Of a DNA stretch of 64,000 nt, positions 11,042 through 24,420 are shown piece by piece (the first letter of the stretch is position 1; each line of letters starts with the position of its first letter). The translations under genes were made by a program, and so were the position numbers. This DNA is from Scyliorhinus canicula (taxonomy: Eukaryota), in contig NC_052152.1 of the NCBI RefSeq assembly GCF_902713615.1, forward strand, positions 41,515,810 through 41,579,809. Direction: 5' to 3'. Below the pieces are notes generated by a model. The model was not told where the DNA came from and did not search any database. It saw only the letters and a program-made list of their open reading frames with translations.

Positions 11042-11704
11042 GGCCGGGATTCTCCCCTACCCGGCGGGGTGGGGGGTCCTGGCGGGACAGAGTGGCGTGA
11101 ACCACTCCGGCATCAGGCCTCCCCAAAAGGTGCGGAATTCTCCGCACCTTTAGGGGCTAGGCCCGCGCCGGAGTGGCTCCCGCTCCGCCGGCCGGCGCGA
11201 ACGGCTTTTGGTGCCCCGCCAGTTGGGGCCGAAAGGCCTTCGCTGGCTGGCGGAAGTTCGCGCATGCGGCGGTGCATCAGCGGCTCCTGACGTCATACCA
11301 GTGCATGCGCAGGGGAGGGGGTCTCTTCCATCCCTGCCATGGTGAAGGCCATGGCAGGGCGGAACAAAAAGAGTGCCCCGATCGCTGGCCACGGTGAGGG
11401 CACCGCCGGGGTCAGATCGACCCCCCCTCCCCCCCACCCCCAGACCCCGGAGCCCGCCCGCGCCGCCAATCACGCCGGTACCAGTGGTGGTTTAAACCAC
11501 ACCGGCGGGAAAGGCCTGTCAGCGGTGGGACCTCGGCCTATCGCGGGCCGGAGAATCGCCGCGGGGGGCCCGCCGACCGGCGCGGCGCAATTCCCAACCC
11601 CGCTGAATCTTGGGGGGGCGGAGAACTCGGGACACAGCGGGGGCGGGATTGACGCTGGCCCCGGGCGATTCTCCGATCCCCCGGGGGGTCGGAGAATTCC
11701 GCCC
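11042..11704. mobile_element. Harbinger-type MITE
   Basis: Termini GGCCGGGATTCTCC ... GGAGAATTCCGCCC, CpG-rich interior. Confidence 0.65.
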
Positions 11705-11719
11705 CTTGTTCCCCAGTGA

Positions 11720-12965
11720 CACATTTGGGGGGTTCCCCAATGATGCGCTGGGGACTCCCTCTAGGAAATTACCACCTTAGGGTTCACCCGGCAATTATCC
11801 AGAAGTGTTAACTTCCTCTGGACAATTGCGCTGGGCTGGGAACCATCCGATAAAAGCTATTTAAATCACTAAGTTTGGGTTGTTCTGTTCTTTTACCCTG
11901 ATAGTTACTCAGAAAGAGTTAGAAGGGAAATAAATCAGTTCTAGCTTTAGATTAACTATTTAAACACCCAGACTCAGCCTCGCATGGCACTGAACATAGT
12001 GGAGAAGAGCTCTGAAGAAGAGTAGGCAATACATCAGTTTAATACAGTCCAATTGAATAAGACAGCTCCGATTGAAAGAGTCTTGAGGGTAAATGGTAGA
12101 CCCATTAAAGTGGAAGTTGACACTGGGGCTTCAGTGACCATAGTGGGTAAGCAGACTTTCCAATAGTTTCCAATATCTTCGTGCAGGAACGCAGTCTTTA
12201 AACCTGAAGAGTACTACAGCCAAGCTCTCACCATATACCGGGGAAATTTTGAAGATCCTCAGAAAAGCCAATATCCCAGTGGCCTACAGAGGGCAGGGGG
12301 CCAATCTGCCTTTGGTTGTTGTGGAAGGACAAAGACCCAATCTGTTGGGAAGAGACTAGTTACAGAAGATGCCTACAGTAGTTAGCACTCCTGCCTCACA
12401 GCACCAGGGTCTCGAGTTAGATTCTGACCTTGAGTGACTGTCTGTGTGGAGTTTGCACTTTCTCCCCGTGTCTGTATGGGTTTCCTCCGGGTGCTCCGGT
12501 TTCCACCCACAGTCCAAAGATGTGCAGCTTTGGTGGATTGGCCATGCTAAATTGCCCTTAGTGTCCAAAAGTTTAAGTGGAGTTACTGGTTTATCGGAGA
12601 TAGGGTGCTGGTCTGACTCTAGGGAGAGTGCTCTTTCAGATGGTCAGTGCAGACTCGATGGGCCGAATGGCCTACCACACTTTAGGAATTCTATGATTCT
12701 ATGAACTGACTGGAAATCTTCAAGATATCTAATGGCATCTTCCAAGATGCCTTAAGGAGGTATGAAGGCGTCTTCCACAAGGAATTGGGCCGTATTAAGG
12801 GTATAAAAGCCAAGATATGTGTCAATCTGGATTCGACGCCCAAGTTCTTCAGAGACAGACCGATGCTATACGCATTGCATCAGAAAGTTGAAGCAGAGCC
12901 AAAGAGATTGGAAGAGCTGGACATAATCAAGCCGGTCCAGTATTCAGAGTGGGCGTCGCCAATAG
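11720..12965 (+). mobile_element. Degenerate Ty3/Gypsy fragment (possible LTR, protease, start of RT), interrupted by a V-SINE at about 12375-12705
   Basis: Protease VDTGAS near 12115; RT start IKPVQYSEWASPIV near 12920-12965; LTR-like AATAAA segment 11720-11985 (uncertain). Confidence 0.7.
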
Positions 12966-12969
12966 TTCC

Positions 12970-13218
12970 TGGCCTCCACCCAATCCCCAAAACCCAGCAA
13001 CCCCACCTAATATTTTTGGGACACTCAGGGCAATTTAGCATGGTCAATCCACCTAACCTGCACATCTTTGGACTGTGGGAGGAAACCGGAGCACCCGGGG
13101 AAAACCCACGCAGACACGGGGAGAACGTGCAAACTCCACATAGACAGTCACCAAGGCCGGAATTGAACCCGGGTCCCTGGCGCTGTGAGGCAGCAGTGCT
13201 CACCAGTGCGCCGCCGTG
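12970..13218 (-). mobile_element. V-SINE
   Basis: V-core on the minus strand. Confidence 0.85.
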
Positions 13219-13224
13219 GTTATT

Positions 13225-14005
13225 GATCCCTCTCCTAAAGGGCAAAGTTTCTTTCTATCTACCCTATCTGTATCCCTCATAATTGTGTACACCTCGATGA
13301 GGTCCCCCCCTCAGCCTTCGCTGCTCGAAGGAAAACAACCTCAGCCCTTCCAGCCTCTCTTCATAACTGAAACGCTCCAGCTCAGGCGACATCCTGGTGA
13401 ATCTCCTCTGCTCCCTTTCTAGCGCAATTACATCCTTGCATATATTCTGGGCCTTGGCTATAATGTGGCGAACAGAACTGCACACAGTACTCTAGCTGTG
13501 GCCTGACGAGCATTTTATAAGCTCCATCATAACCTTCCTGCTGTTATATTCTGGGCCTTGACTAATAAAGGCAAGCATTCCATTTGTCTTCTTAACCACC
13601 TTATTCACCTGTTATGCTGCCTTCAGGGATCTTTGGACATACACCCCAAGGTCCTGCTGGTCCTCTGTACTTCCTAGCATCCTATTGTTCTTTGCATATT
13701 CCCTTGCCTTGTTAGTCCTCCCAAAATGCATCACCTCACATTGTTAAATTCCATTCGCCACTGTTCTGCCATCTGATCAGCCCGTCTATATCAGCCAGTA
13801 ATCTCAGGCTCTCCTCCTCACTATTTACCACACCACCAATGTTTATGTCCCCTGCAAACTTACAGATCATAGCCCCCACATTGACATCTAGATCATTAAT
13901 GTGCATTACAAACACCAAAGGACCCAGCACTGATCTCTGTGGTACACCAGTAGATGCAGGCTTCCAATCACAGAAACTACCTTCAGCCGTTACCCTCTGC
14001 CTGCT
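13225..14005 (-). mobile_element. CR1-clade LINE fragment
   Basis: LGPLVFVMHINDL..KFAGD and QRRFTRM..YEERL motifs on the minus strand. Confidence 0.85.
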
Positions 14006-14062
14006 GCCACTAAGCCAATAATTGATTTACAATTATACTTATAAATATACTTATCGAACTAT

Positions 14063-14490
14063 CGGTTAGCACAGTTGGCCAGTTTGTGATGTGGAGCAAT
14101 GCCAGCAACACGGGTTCAATTCCTGTCCACGTACCAGCTGAGGGAGGGACCTGCCTTCTCAACCTTGCCCCTTGCTTGAAAGTGTAGTAACCCTCAGCTT
14201 TAATTACCACCAGTCAATTCTCTCTCAAAGGGGGAGCAGACTATCCTTGTGGGCTAATTATTAAAAAATTTTTTTTTAGAGTACCCAATTAATTTTTTTC
14301 CATTAAAGGGGCAATTTAGCATAGCAAATCCACCTACCCTGCACATCTTTTGGGTTGTGGGGGTGAAACCCACGCAAACACGGGGATAATGTGCAAACTC
14401 TACACGGACGGTGACCCAGAGCCGGGATCGAACCCGGATCCTCAGTGCCGTTAGGCCGCACTGCTAACCACTGTGCCACCGTGCTGCCCT
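14063..14490. mobile_element. tRNA-derived SINE (+, about 14063-14245) followed by a V-SINE (-, about 14262-14490)
   Basis: The first resembles the SINE at 38685-38910 (CTTCTCAACCTTGCCCC...CTCTCAAAGGGG); the second has the V-core. Confidence 0.75.
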
Positions 14491-14799
14491 CTTGTGGACT
14501 AATTACAGAAAGGAAGAAAGAGCTGGCATTTATATACCCCCCTTCACTACCTCAGGGCATCTCTAAGTGTGTCAAAATGAATGTAGTATTTTTGAAATGC
14601 AGTTCTTCTGTAACATAGCCAAACTTGCATAGCAAGACCCACAAACAGGTGTGTGCTAAATTACCAAACAGGGAGGAAGAAAGGAGAGAAGCAACATATA
14701 ATATCGGGTATAATTTGTAATTTGTAAGAGAGTGCATGAGTGGAGGGATCTCAGTGGGACAGGGGTGGGGGGGGGGGGGGGGGGGGGGGGGGTGCAGTA

Positions 14800-15210
14800 C
14801 ATTTACGCAAATCATTAAAGGTGATGAGACAGGTTGAGAGCGGGTTAATAAAACCGACCAGATCCCGAGCTTTATAAATAGCATCATGGAGTATAAAAGC
14901 AAGGAAGTCAGGGTATGTATATAATGCTGATTTGGCCTCAACTGGAGTAGTGTGGCCAGTTCTGGGGATCACATTTGAAATAGGAAGTGAGGACATTGGA
15001 GAGGTGGCAGAATAGGTTCACATGACTCTTCACAAAGAACATCAGTTACATAGGTTGGAGAAACTGGGGCTATTCTTCTTGGAGAAGCAAATGTTGAAAG
15101 GAGGTTTAATAGAGATACAAAATCGCAAGGGTCTGTACGGGGTCGAAAGGGAAAAATTGTTCCCATTAGGGGGAGGATCGAGAATAAGTGGACATTGGAT
15201 GGAACTCTCC
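14800..15210 (+). mobile_element. CR1-clade LINE 3' fragment
   Basis: Degenerate RLEKLGLFFLE..LKGGLIE..EKLFPL motifs. Confidence 0.75.
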
Positions 15211-15400
15211 CATTCCCCTGCTGGTGGGTTCAATGGAGAGAATTATGCAGGAATCTAAAAATCGGTTTTGTGCTGGTATAAATTTCCTGAGGGATCTTCA
15301 ACTGGTGCCTGCCATGGCGGATCAGGAAACCCACTGATGGCTGGTGAGAAAAGGATTTGCATTCCGTTCATGGGATGCAGATGAGAGTCCGACTGGAGCT

Positions 15401-15434
<34 letters not shown>

Positions 15435-15454
15435 ACGCCGACTCTTCACGACCC

Positions 15455-16300
15455 CAGTACACCTCTCTCCTGTACACCTCTCTCCCAAGCATCTTTATCC
15501 TGTCAATCCATACCCTGTACACCTCTCACCTGTTCACCTCTCTCCCAGGCATCTTTATCCTGTGCTTCCATACCCTGTACACCTCTCTTCCTGTGCACCC
15601 CTCTCCCAAGCATCTTTATCCTGTCCATCCCTACCCTGTGCACCTCTCTCCCTGTATACCTCGCGACTGTACACCTCTCTCCCAAGCATCTTTATCCTGT
15701 GCATCCATACCCTGTACACCTCTCTTCCTGTGCACCCCTCTCCAAAGCATTTTTATCCTGTCCATCCCTACCCTGTACACCTCTCTCCCTGTATACCTCG
15801 CGACTGTACACCTCTCTCCCAAGCATCTTTATCCTGTGCATCCATACCCTGTACACCTCTCTTCCTGTGCACCCCTCTCTCAAGCATCTTTATCCTGTCC
15901 ATCCATACCCTGTACACCTCTCACCTGTACACCTCTCTCCCAAGCATCTTTATCCTGTCCATCCCTACCCTGTACACCTCTCTCCCTGTATACCTCTCAC
16001 CTGTGCACCTCTCTCCCAAGCATCTTTATCCTGTCCATCCCTACCCTGTACACCTCTCTCCCTGTATACCTCTCACCTGTACACCTCTCTCCCAAGCATC
16101 TTTATCCTGTCCATCCCTACCCTGTACACCTCTCTCCCTGTACACCTCTCACCTGTACACCTCTCTTCCAAGCATCTTTATCCTGTCCATCCCTACCCTG
16201 TACACCTCTCTCCCTGTATACCTCTCACCTGTACACCTCTCTCCGAAGCATCTTTATCCTGTCCATCCCTACCCTGTACACCTCTCTCCCTGTACACCTG
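15455..16300. repeat. Minisatellite of mixed 60/61-bp and 76-bp units built from a 15-16-bp CTGTACACCTCTC subunit
   Basis: CAAGCATCTTTATCCTG recurs at 15486, 15546, 15607, 15683, 15743, 15820, 15881, 15941, 16017, 16093, 16169 and 16245. Confidence 0.95.
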
Positions 16301-17136
16301 CTTCTCCCACCTCAGAATGTTGCTGGCACCATGAACTGTGATGTTCTCCACTGCTGTCAATCACATCCAGCCCATCTTCCATTCTGATTCTATCCACACA
16401 CACGCGCTTTGCCAAATGTTGCCAAGAGGGAAATGGTATACCAACTGTAGTAAACAGCAATCTATTCAGATGGTGAAATGGTTAAATACACAACTGGATT
16501 CTGACCCAAACCCATCTCCATTTTACTGCTCAGTTTTCTTAATCTAGGCAAACATATACGACACACGTTCAAATTAAAGATAAGTCAAAATTTATTTGAA
16601 ACAACTTATTGACCTCTCCTGAGGTTAATAGTTGCACAAGTAAGTAGTACAACACTTTCATCACTCCCACCAGCTGCAATAATCAAAACCCACCTTTGGG
16701 GAGTACAATGTACTGAATCCAGAGGTGGCAGCACTGGAGCTGAGTTGCATTCATGATCAATATAGCCTTAATTTTTAGTCCGTGCGCATCCTAACCCACT
16801 CATCATTGGGGGTTCAAATATAATCTTTTAACTTTATGAGGTGGAACGGCCATAGACGACACAAGAACAGGATGTGGTGATTTTAAGCGTTTCGCAGTCC
16901 AACACCTTACACAGGAAACAAGGTTGATGCAGCATGGGTCAGTTGTCCCCTTGAGCTCTCCAGATATAAATGTAAATTTATGAATGGCAGCATTGCTTAA
17001 GTATACCAAGTATACCATGTTTTCAATTGTACAGTCCGTTTAAAACGTACTGCTGATTTCATGAAAGCAAGATTTGACTTTATGAAGATTGATTTTATTC
17101 ATATACGACTGTGTGTGTACAACCATTATGCTACTG

Positions 17137-17470
17137 GGGGCAGCACGGTAGCATAATGGTTAGCACAGTTGCTTCACAGCTCCAGGGTCCAAGGTTCGAT
17201 TATCGGCTTGGGTCACTGTCTGGGTGGAGTCTGCACGTTCTTCCCGTGTGTGCGTGGGTTTCCTCCGGGTGCTCCTGTTTCCTCTCACAGCCCAAAGATG
17301 TGCAGGTTAGGCGGACTGGCTATGCTAAATTGCCCTTAGTGTCCAAAAAGGTTACATTTGGGTTAAGGGGGGTGGGATGGAGGAGGTGCGTGCTTGAGTG
17401 GGGCGCTCTTTCCAAGGGCCGGTGCAGACTTGATGGGCCGAATGACCTCCTTCTGCACTGTAAATTCTAT
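17137..17470 (+). mobile_element. Full-length V-SINE
   Basis: Head, V-core and CR1-like tail. Confidence 0.9.
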
Positions 17471-19959
17471 GATAAGTTTGCAGGATGCTCCCCAATCCTT
17501 TCCCAGTACACCTGGGATACTCTGTGGCTGACCTTCTCAACCATTCCCGACTTCTCCATATTAAAGTATTCGAAGGACTGGTGTGTTTCTGTTTTCTGAG
17601 CACCCTCGTCAGACTCAATTTTCTACGTATTAGTGGCTCAGATTGTCCAGCAGTACCAAAAATACCTGCGTTCAGTCTGTGTTAGTCTCTATGCTTTAGA
17701 ATATTCTCAGCTGTTTAGATTAGATTCACAATATGATATCGTCAACTTCAGCCATTGTTGCCTGTTGATATATTACTCCTTGCAGTGGAGGTCCTCACGT
17801 CAGCCACTGGTTGTATTAACATGGACTTTTGCACTTCTAATTGATGTCAAAATCTCTCGTGGATGTTGCTCCTGATTCCGTTGACCATGAATCCAGCATG
17901 GAGCTATTTCACCATATTTTGCAAGAAGGTAAGTGACTTATTTATTTGAATATGCCCACTCACACAACATTCTCCATCTGAAAATTAGATCTGTAATTTC
18001 AAAGTTTTTGAATGCATTTAGCAAGGTGTGTCGATGTGCTGTTTGCATTGCACAGAAAATTGAACTCTTGCCGGTCCCTTGGAAAATTGTCATATAATCA
18101 TCAGGATCGCACAGCCTGAAAAGGGGATTTACCCAATCTGATTCCGTAACTATTTTAAAGAGGGAGTTGGACGGATGCTTAAGAATGAGGAACTTATGAG
18201 GGTTACTGGCAGAAAATGGGGGTGTGGGAAAGAGCACAGCTGTTCTTTCAAGGAACCAGAAATGGCACATTGGCATCCTTTTGTGCTCTAAGTTTCTATG
18301 ACTCTCTTGATGGGGCGAGAGATCTGACTGCTCAGGGGAAAGTGATTGGTGTTAGGAAAACTAAAGTAGTTTTAAAGGATTTATATTTGTACTGGTAGAC
18401 ATTAAAAATAAGTTTTAGTGTGTTTGATTCAATGTTTCTGTATCTGGAACAGTAAAACCTATAGTTAGATTCATGCTCGACCAAGATGTTTGTATGTGTG
18501 GGGTTGATTAAGCTCTAACTGTGTTTCTATTGTGCTTAGAGTGGGCTAATGCATGAAGAAAAAATAGGCCGGCAGAAATATGCAGGAATTGCTTAGAAAC
18601 TGGAGATCCTTGTGAGGTAAAAAAACTTTGTTTTAGATTTAGCTGGATATATTGCAATTGGAGACAGGACATCAGGGAGTGAACATCTCTCAAATCTGCA
18701 AGAAGACAGACAGCACAGAATAATAATCTTTATTAGTGTCACAAGTAGGCTTACATTCGCACTGCAATGAAGTTACTGTGAAAGTCCTCTAGTCGCCACA
18801 CTCCGGCGCCTGTACGGGTACACTGAGGGCTCAGGGCCTGTTACATGGCCTGTGAAGTATCGCCCTTAAAGGGGCCATGCTCCCATATTCCCCCCCCCCC
18901 CAAGTTCCTTTACAGACCACTTAAATACAAAAAAGAAGCGCTTTTATTTTCAATTATATACAGATAAAGAGTTACAATAAGGGAGCTCAAAACAAAGTTT
19001 ATAAGCTAAGCCTATCAGGTGGCTTCCTACCTCTTGCCGAATGTCTCAACTTGGCAACTGGCTCTTCCAGACTGGAGGTATCTGAGTCTACAGCAAGGGC
19101 AGGCAAATTGGTAGAATCCAAAATAATGGCAACTCTTTCTGAGGGCCCTGGTCCAACATGTAAGGATAGCCCTCTACCGCCCTGCATCAAACAGGCTGGT
19201 GATGATTCCCCTTGAGAAAATCTCGGTTCTAACACCACCGATTTGGCAAATGATATACTGGTAGCTGGGATTGGGTCTACTTACCCCTTTGTGGGGCCGA
19301 CAGTTGCTCTCCTTCTCGAATGATCAAATGTTTTCTCACTTCACAGCCCTGTCGGTCAATGATATAGGATACTGGCCCAGTCGTGGCAACGACTCTCACA
19401 GGTAATATTCTGCTCCTTCACCAAAGTTCCACACATACGCTAAATCTTCTGTTTAGAATGATCAATCCTTCTTGGTTGCATCGTGGTGGCCTTTCTGTGA
19501 GGCTTGCTTAGCCTCCACTCGTCCCGAAAAATTTAGAAAAATTAGGTCAAACCGGGTCCTGAGACGTCTGCCCATTAACAACTCAGCTGAGGTGTCCCCA
19601 GTGGGGTTTAATTTTACAAGAGAAAGAAGTCCTCTCAATGAAGTAGTAGTGGCTCATTAGCTTGTTTTCTTATTGATGCTTTGAAAGTTTGGACAGCTCT
19701 TTTGGCCAGCCTGTTTGATGCAGGGCGGTAGAGGGCTATCCTTACATGTTTGATCCCATTGGACGTAGAAAAGTGTTGAAATTCTTCGGATGTGTTGTCT
19801 AAGGCAATCGCCTCAGGTAGGCCGTGAATGGCAAAGAATTGGTGCAACTTGTCCACTATGGCCATTGCAGTGATCGAAAGCATCGGCTGAACATCCAGCC
19901 ATTTTTGGTGGGCATCAACCACCATCGCCATCAAAAACATCAACCCAAAAAAGTACCTG

Positions 19960-20254
19960 TGTGGTGAATGTAATTCACACTGTATTGTATTGTATAGTAC
20001 TGTGTCCCTGTGGGCTCTGTCTGTGAGCTGTTGCGTGGCTCTGCCCATAGGGGGAGATGAGGAGCTTGTACAGGTCTCCACCCTTGGCTTGCCCATGGCT
20101 CCGCCCATGGTTCCTCCCACTACCGGAAGTATAAAGTGCTGCAGCCGTGTGAGCCTGCCCTCAGTTCTTCTGGTCGCAGGCAGGCTCAGTTGTAAGACTA
20201 TTAAAACCACAGTTTACTTCCAATCGTGTTCCGAGTGAATTGATGATCTCATCA
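19960..20254 (+). mobile_element. Solo LTR of the same family as the Gypsy element at 49030-53560
   Basis: TGTGGTG...CATCA; aligns to the reverse complement of 53254-53560; 5-bp TSD ACCTG/ATCTG. Confidence 0.9.
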
Positions 20255-21476
20255 ATCTGCAAAGTCAATGTGGAGCCTCGTACATGGACGTCCCGGCAAG
20301 GGTGCAATCTTTCTGCAGGCGGAAGGTTTGTTGACACTGCTTTCATCAATTGATCACACTTTCGATGTCCTTGTCGATCCTTGGCCGCCAAACATAACCC
20401 CTGACCAAATCCTTCATCGTAGACTGACCAGGGTGACTGCGGTGTAATTCTGAACTATTACTCTGAAACCCCACAGGAGAGCCCTGTCTTCACAAGTGAT
20501 TTGCTCCCTACGTTGCACATTAGGCCTAATCTGTTCTGACTTCTCAAAATGCCAGCCCGTGAGAACCATCTTTTTAACACTTGACAACACAGAGTCTATG
20601 GCGTAATGTGGCCGGATGAAATAGGTAGAGTATCAAGAAAATGTAGAGCCAGGATGATCTCCTATGGAGTGGGGGGGGCTCAGAAATTGTTTGTGTCAAT
20701 GGAAGCCTGCTCAAAGCATCTTCATTTGATATCTGGATATCAGTGTTGAAAGGTATACAAATATGTGGCCAAGAACACTGCCCATCTTTGCACTCGGGCT
20801 GTGCTAATGACAGGATGGGTTTATCTTCACGAAAAATGCCAAGTAATGGTTTATGGTCCGAGACTATGGTGAAGTGCCGGCCAGAAACATATTGATGGCA
20901 TTTTTTTTTACAGCATAAATGACCATCAGACTTTCTTTGTCGATCTGGGAATATCCCCTCTCAACATCTTCCAGATTTATTTTATGTGAAAGCGACAAGT
21001 CTTTCCACACCATCTTCCATTTTGTGTGAGAGTACCGCACTGATGTCACATGGTGATGGAGTGCAAGTAACCTTGATGGTTTAGCTGGGTTGAAATGAAC
21101 CAGCAAGGTTGACAACTGCAAGGCCTGTTTGACCTGGTCGAGAAAATTCCTTCTGGGAATCTTCCCACTTCCAACATTGGTGCTTCTTCAGCAGTTGTTA
21201 CAGGGGCGCCCAAATGGTAGACAGTTTGACTAAAAAACGGCCGTAGTAATTGCCCATCTCTAGAAAGGACTTTGATTCTTGTTCCTTGGTTCCAGCGCCC
21301 CTTTTTATTGCCTTTACCTTATCTTCAAGTGGGTGGAATCCCTTCGCATCAACTCTGCAACCTAAATGCGTGAATTCATCAGCCTGAAACGTGCACTTCT
21401 TTCGCTTAACTGAATACCGGCTTCTTTAAACCACTTGAGGGCTTCTTCCAAATTTGCTCTGTGTTCCTCTGGTGTT

Positions 21477-21645
21477 GAAAATTGAAATTGAAAATCGCTT
21501 ATTGTCGCTTCAATGAAGTTACTGTGAAAAGTCCCTAGTCGCCACATTCCGGCGCCTGTCCGGGGAGGCTGATATGGGAATCGAACCGTGCTGCTGACCT
21601 GCTTTAAAAGCCAGCGATTTAGCCCAATGAGCTAAATCAGCCCCT
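21477..21645 (-). mobile_element. tRNA-derived SINE with (TTTCA)n tail
   Basis: Reverse complement of the family at 1243-1437. Confidence 0.8.
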
Positions 21646-21823
21646 TTCACTAGGACATCATCCAGATATACGCCAACCTTCGAAATTCCCTGCAAAAGGC
21701 TCTCCATTGTTCTTTGAAAAGGCAGACTCAGATGTTGGAACAAGATTTCATGGGTATTCATGATAACAACCTTCCTTGACTCACCTTCCAGCTGCAGCTG
21801 CTGGTACGCATGGCTTAAATTTA

Positions 21824-22150
21824 GGGGCAGCACGGTAGCATAGCAGTTAGCACTGTCTCTTCACAGTGCCAGGGTCCCAGGTTCGATTCCCCGCTGGGCC
21901 ACTGTCTGCACAGAGTCTGCATGTTCTCCCCGTGTCTGCGTGGGTTTCCTCCGGGTGCTCCGGTTTCCTCCCACAGTCGTAAGACGTGCAGGTTAGGTGG
22001 ATTGGCCATGCTAAATTGCCCTTAATGTCCAAAACATTGAAGAGGGGTTATTGGGTTAGGGGGATAGGGTGGAAGGGAGGGTTTAAGTGGGTCGGTGCAG
22101 GCTCGATGGGCCGAATGGCCTCCTTCTGCACTGTATGTTCTATGTTCTAT
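21824..22150 (+). mobile_element. Full-length V-SINE
   Basis: Head, V-core, tail ending (TGTTCTA)n. Confidence 0.92.
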
Positions 22151-24174
22151 GTAATCCAATCTGGTGCATTTGAGGCCTTCTGACAACGTGGCATATTCTG
22201 GAGATAGGATTTTATCTCCTTTAGCAGCTCTGTTCACCGGCACCTTATAATCACCATAAATTCAGACTGTGCGATCGGCTCCAACACTGGGACAATCTGT
22301 AAACTTTACTGGAGTAATTACACTCAAAAGTGGAGGTGGCGTTGAAGGGTCTGGAAGACCTGGGGGTTGAGCACAAGGCATGAGCCTGGGACAGAAATAT
22401 TTTGATGTTGCTTCTGGCTCCGCATAGATTTCACTCGTTTGATACACACTAACCCTCTCTGGAAGACTCGGTGGTATTTCCAAAGAAGCTTCTGAACAAG
22501 CCTGTCGGTGATGCTGAATATTTCAAACCAATTCAATGTGATTTTCTTCAGCCAATCAAGACCCAATGAGTCTTGGCATCGTTCCCTGCACAACGATCAA
22601 TGGCAGCTGGGCTGACTGCTGTTGGTACGATACCGGTATAGATGCCGCCCTCAATATCTTCAGTGCCTCTCCAGTATAGGTGGTTAAGGTGGCTGGTGTA
22701 CTGCTAAAATTCACAGGCTGCAGCCCTCCCTATAGATACTTACATAAACTTTTACTTGCCCACTATTGTGGCATCCGCCTCTGTGTCAGGCTTCATTTCA
22801 AGTGGATGGCTGTTGACAACAAGGACAATCTCAATGGAGGGGTGTTTTACTTAATCTTAATACGTTAAGCTTGTATACTTCTGATTTTTCTTCAGGGTCT
22901 TCCTCAAGCTTTCTCACTGGACTCACTGTCGTTTTTTGGGGGAACTTGTAGTAGACTGTCTGACTCTGCATTTAGCTCGTAGATGACCTTATTACATCTG
23001 AAACAGTGGAAATCTTTATACTTGCATCTGTCTTGGGAATGCTCTCCCGCACAACGTTAACTAGCCTCTGACCCTTGTGACTGCTGGTCACTTTTCTTCT
23101 TTTCTGGCTTTGCTGCTCCCTCGCTTCGGGAACCTCCCCCGTCATAAGTAGTTCACCTCGCTCTGCATGCTTTGTAATTCGAAAGCATTCTGTTCAGCGC
23201 TTTAAGTCACTTGAGCCAACTCAATCGCTTTGTCCAAGGATATCTTGGTTTCTGCCATCAACTTCTTCTGGATGTTTAAGATGTTATCCCAAAGGCGAAC
23301 CGATCACGCAGCACTTCACTGAGAGAAGTACCAAATTCACAACGTTCCGACATTTGTCGAAGTCTGGCTACCAAAGCGGAAACTGTTTCTCCAGGATCTC
23401 TATGGCAACATAATAATGGAGGGTCGGAGATCATAATGGTCCCTCACTATTTGCACCAATTGATCAAAGGACTTGGAGTCCAGAGCCTCTGGAGATGTTA
23501 AGCTTCACACAAGGTTATATGTTTGTGGGCTGCAAACTGTAAGTAATATTACTTTCTGTTTGTCTTCTTCCGTGATTTAATTGGCAGTGTAAAGTAACAA
23601 AGCCTTTTGACATATTGGCCCCAACTTTCAACCTCCAGATCAAACGGATCAATTTTCCTAAATAGTGCCATAGCTATTTGACTGCTGATGATCTTTTACC
23701 TTTTCCAGGTTCTGAGAGGCCACTCTTCCCCCTTCCCCGAGTTTACTTTGACTGGCTTGATTTATTCTCATCGTCACTGTCGTTGCACGAGGCCAGTGAC
23801 GAGGCAGTGCTTAATCACAAGTGATTTATTCAACTAAGAAGAACTATGTACACCGCACAGTCCAATTATCACCCAGGTCTTCTTCTCACGACTCCCAGGC
23901 TAACTCTGACTAAATCCAAACAGCCAGATCCATGCCTAAACACCGAACGTAAAGTACTCCGTCCCCATGGGCTCAGGGTCTGTCACATGGCCTGTGAAGT
24001 ATCGCCCCATAAAGGGGCCACGCTGCCACACTTGCCTTGAGGGATACTGTGGATGAACAATAAACATTGCCTTACGTATCATCCACTTCTCAGCGGCAAG
24101 TCAAAAGAACACAATTGAATAAGACGTGTGTTAACGTCGTCCAATTTCTGAAATTTGTTTGCCTTTGACACAAA

Positions 24175-24420
24175 GGCACGGTGGCACAGTGGTTAACACT
24201 GCTACCTCACAGCACCAGGGACCCGGGATCAGTTCCAGCCTTGGGTGACTGTCTGTGTGGAGTTTGCATGTTCTCCTCGAGTCTGCCTGGGTTTCCTCCC
24301 ACAGTGCAAAGGTGTACAGGTTAGGTGTATTGGCCATGCTAAATTTCCCCTCAATGTCCAAAGGTTAGAAGGGATTACGGGGATAGGATGGGGGAGTGTG
24401 CCTATGGGATGCTAGGATTC
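24175..24420 (+). mobile_element. V-SINE (diverged)
   Basis: Head GGCACGGTGGCACAGTGGTTAAC and partial V-core. Confidence 0.8.

Larger units (their letters stand above)
18828..24030 (-). mobile_element. Degenerate Ty3/Gypsy (Mag-like) LTR retrotransposon with nested insertions
   Basis: 5' LTR 23778-24030 (TG...CA); matching 3' LTR remnant 18828-18885 next to a poly-purine tract; integrase (HGLPEAIALDN..YRPASNRLAKRAVQTFK), RNase H and RT remnants. Contains a solo LTR and two SINEs. Confidence 0.8.

Noticed and set aside
12785-13282. 165-aa ORF beginning with RT-like sequence
   Set aside because: Chance read-through from a Gypsy RT fragment into an antisense V-SINE.
15344-16387. Three long overlapping ORFs (259-347 aa)
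   Set aside because: All three frames are open only because the pyrimidine-rich minisatellite lacks stops on this strand; no domain or splice context.
16300-17020. Minus-strand exon-like pieces (VGIPFPSWQHLAKRVC...; ELKGTTDPCC...)
   Set aside because: Weak splice sites, no recognisable homology, and they could not be joined consistently with other candidates.
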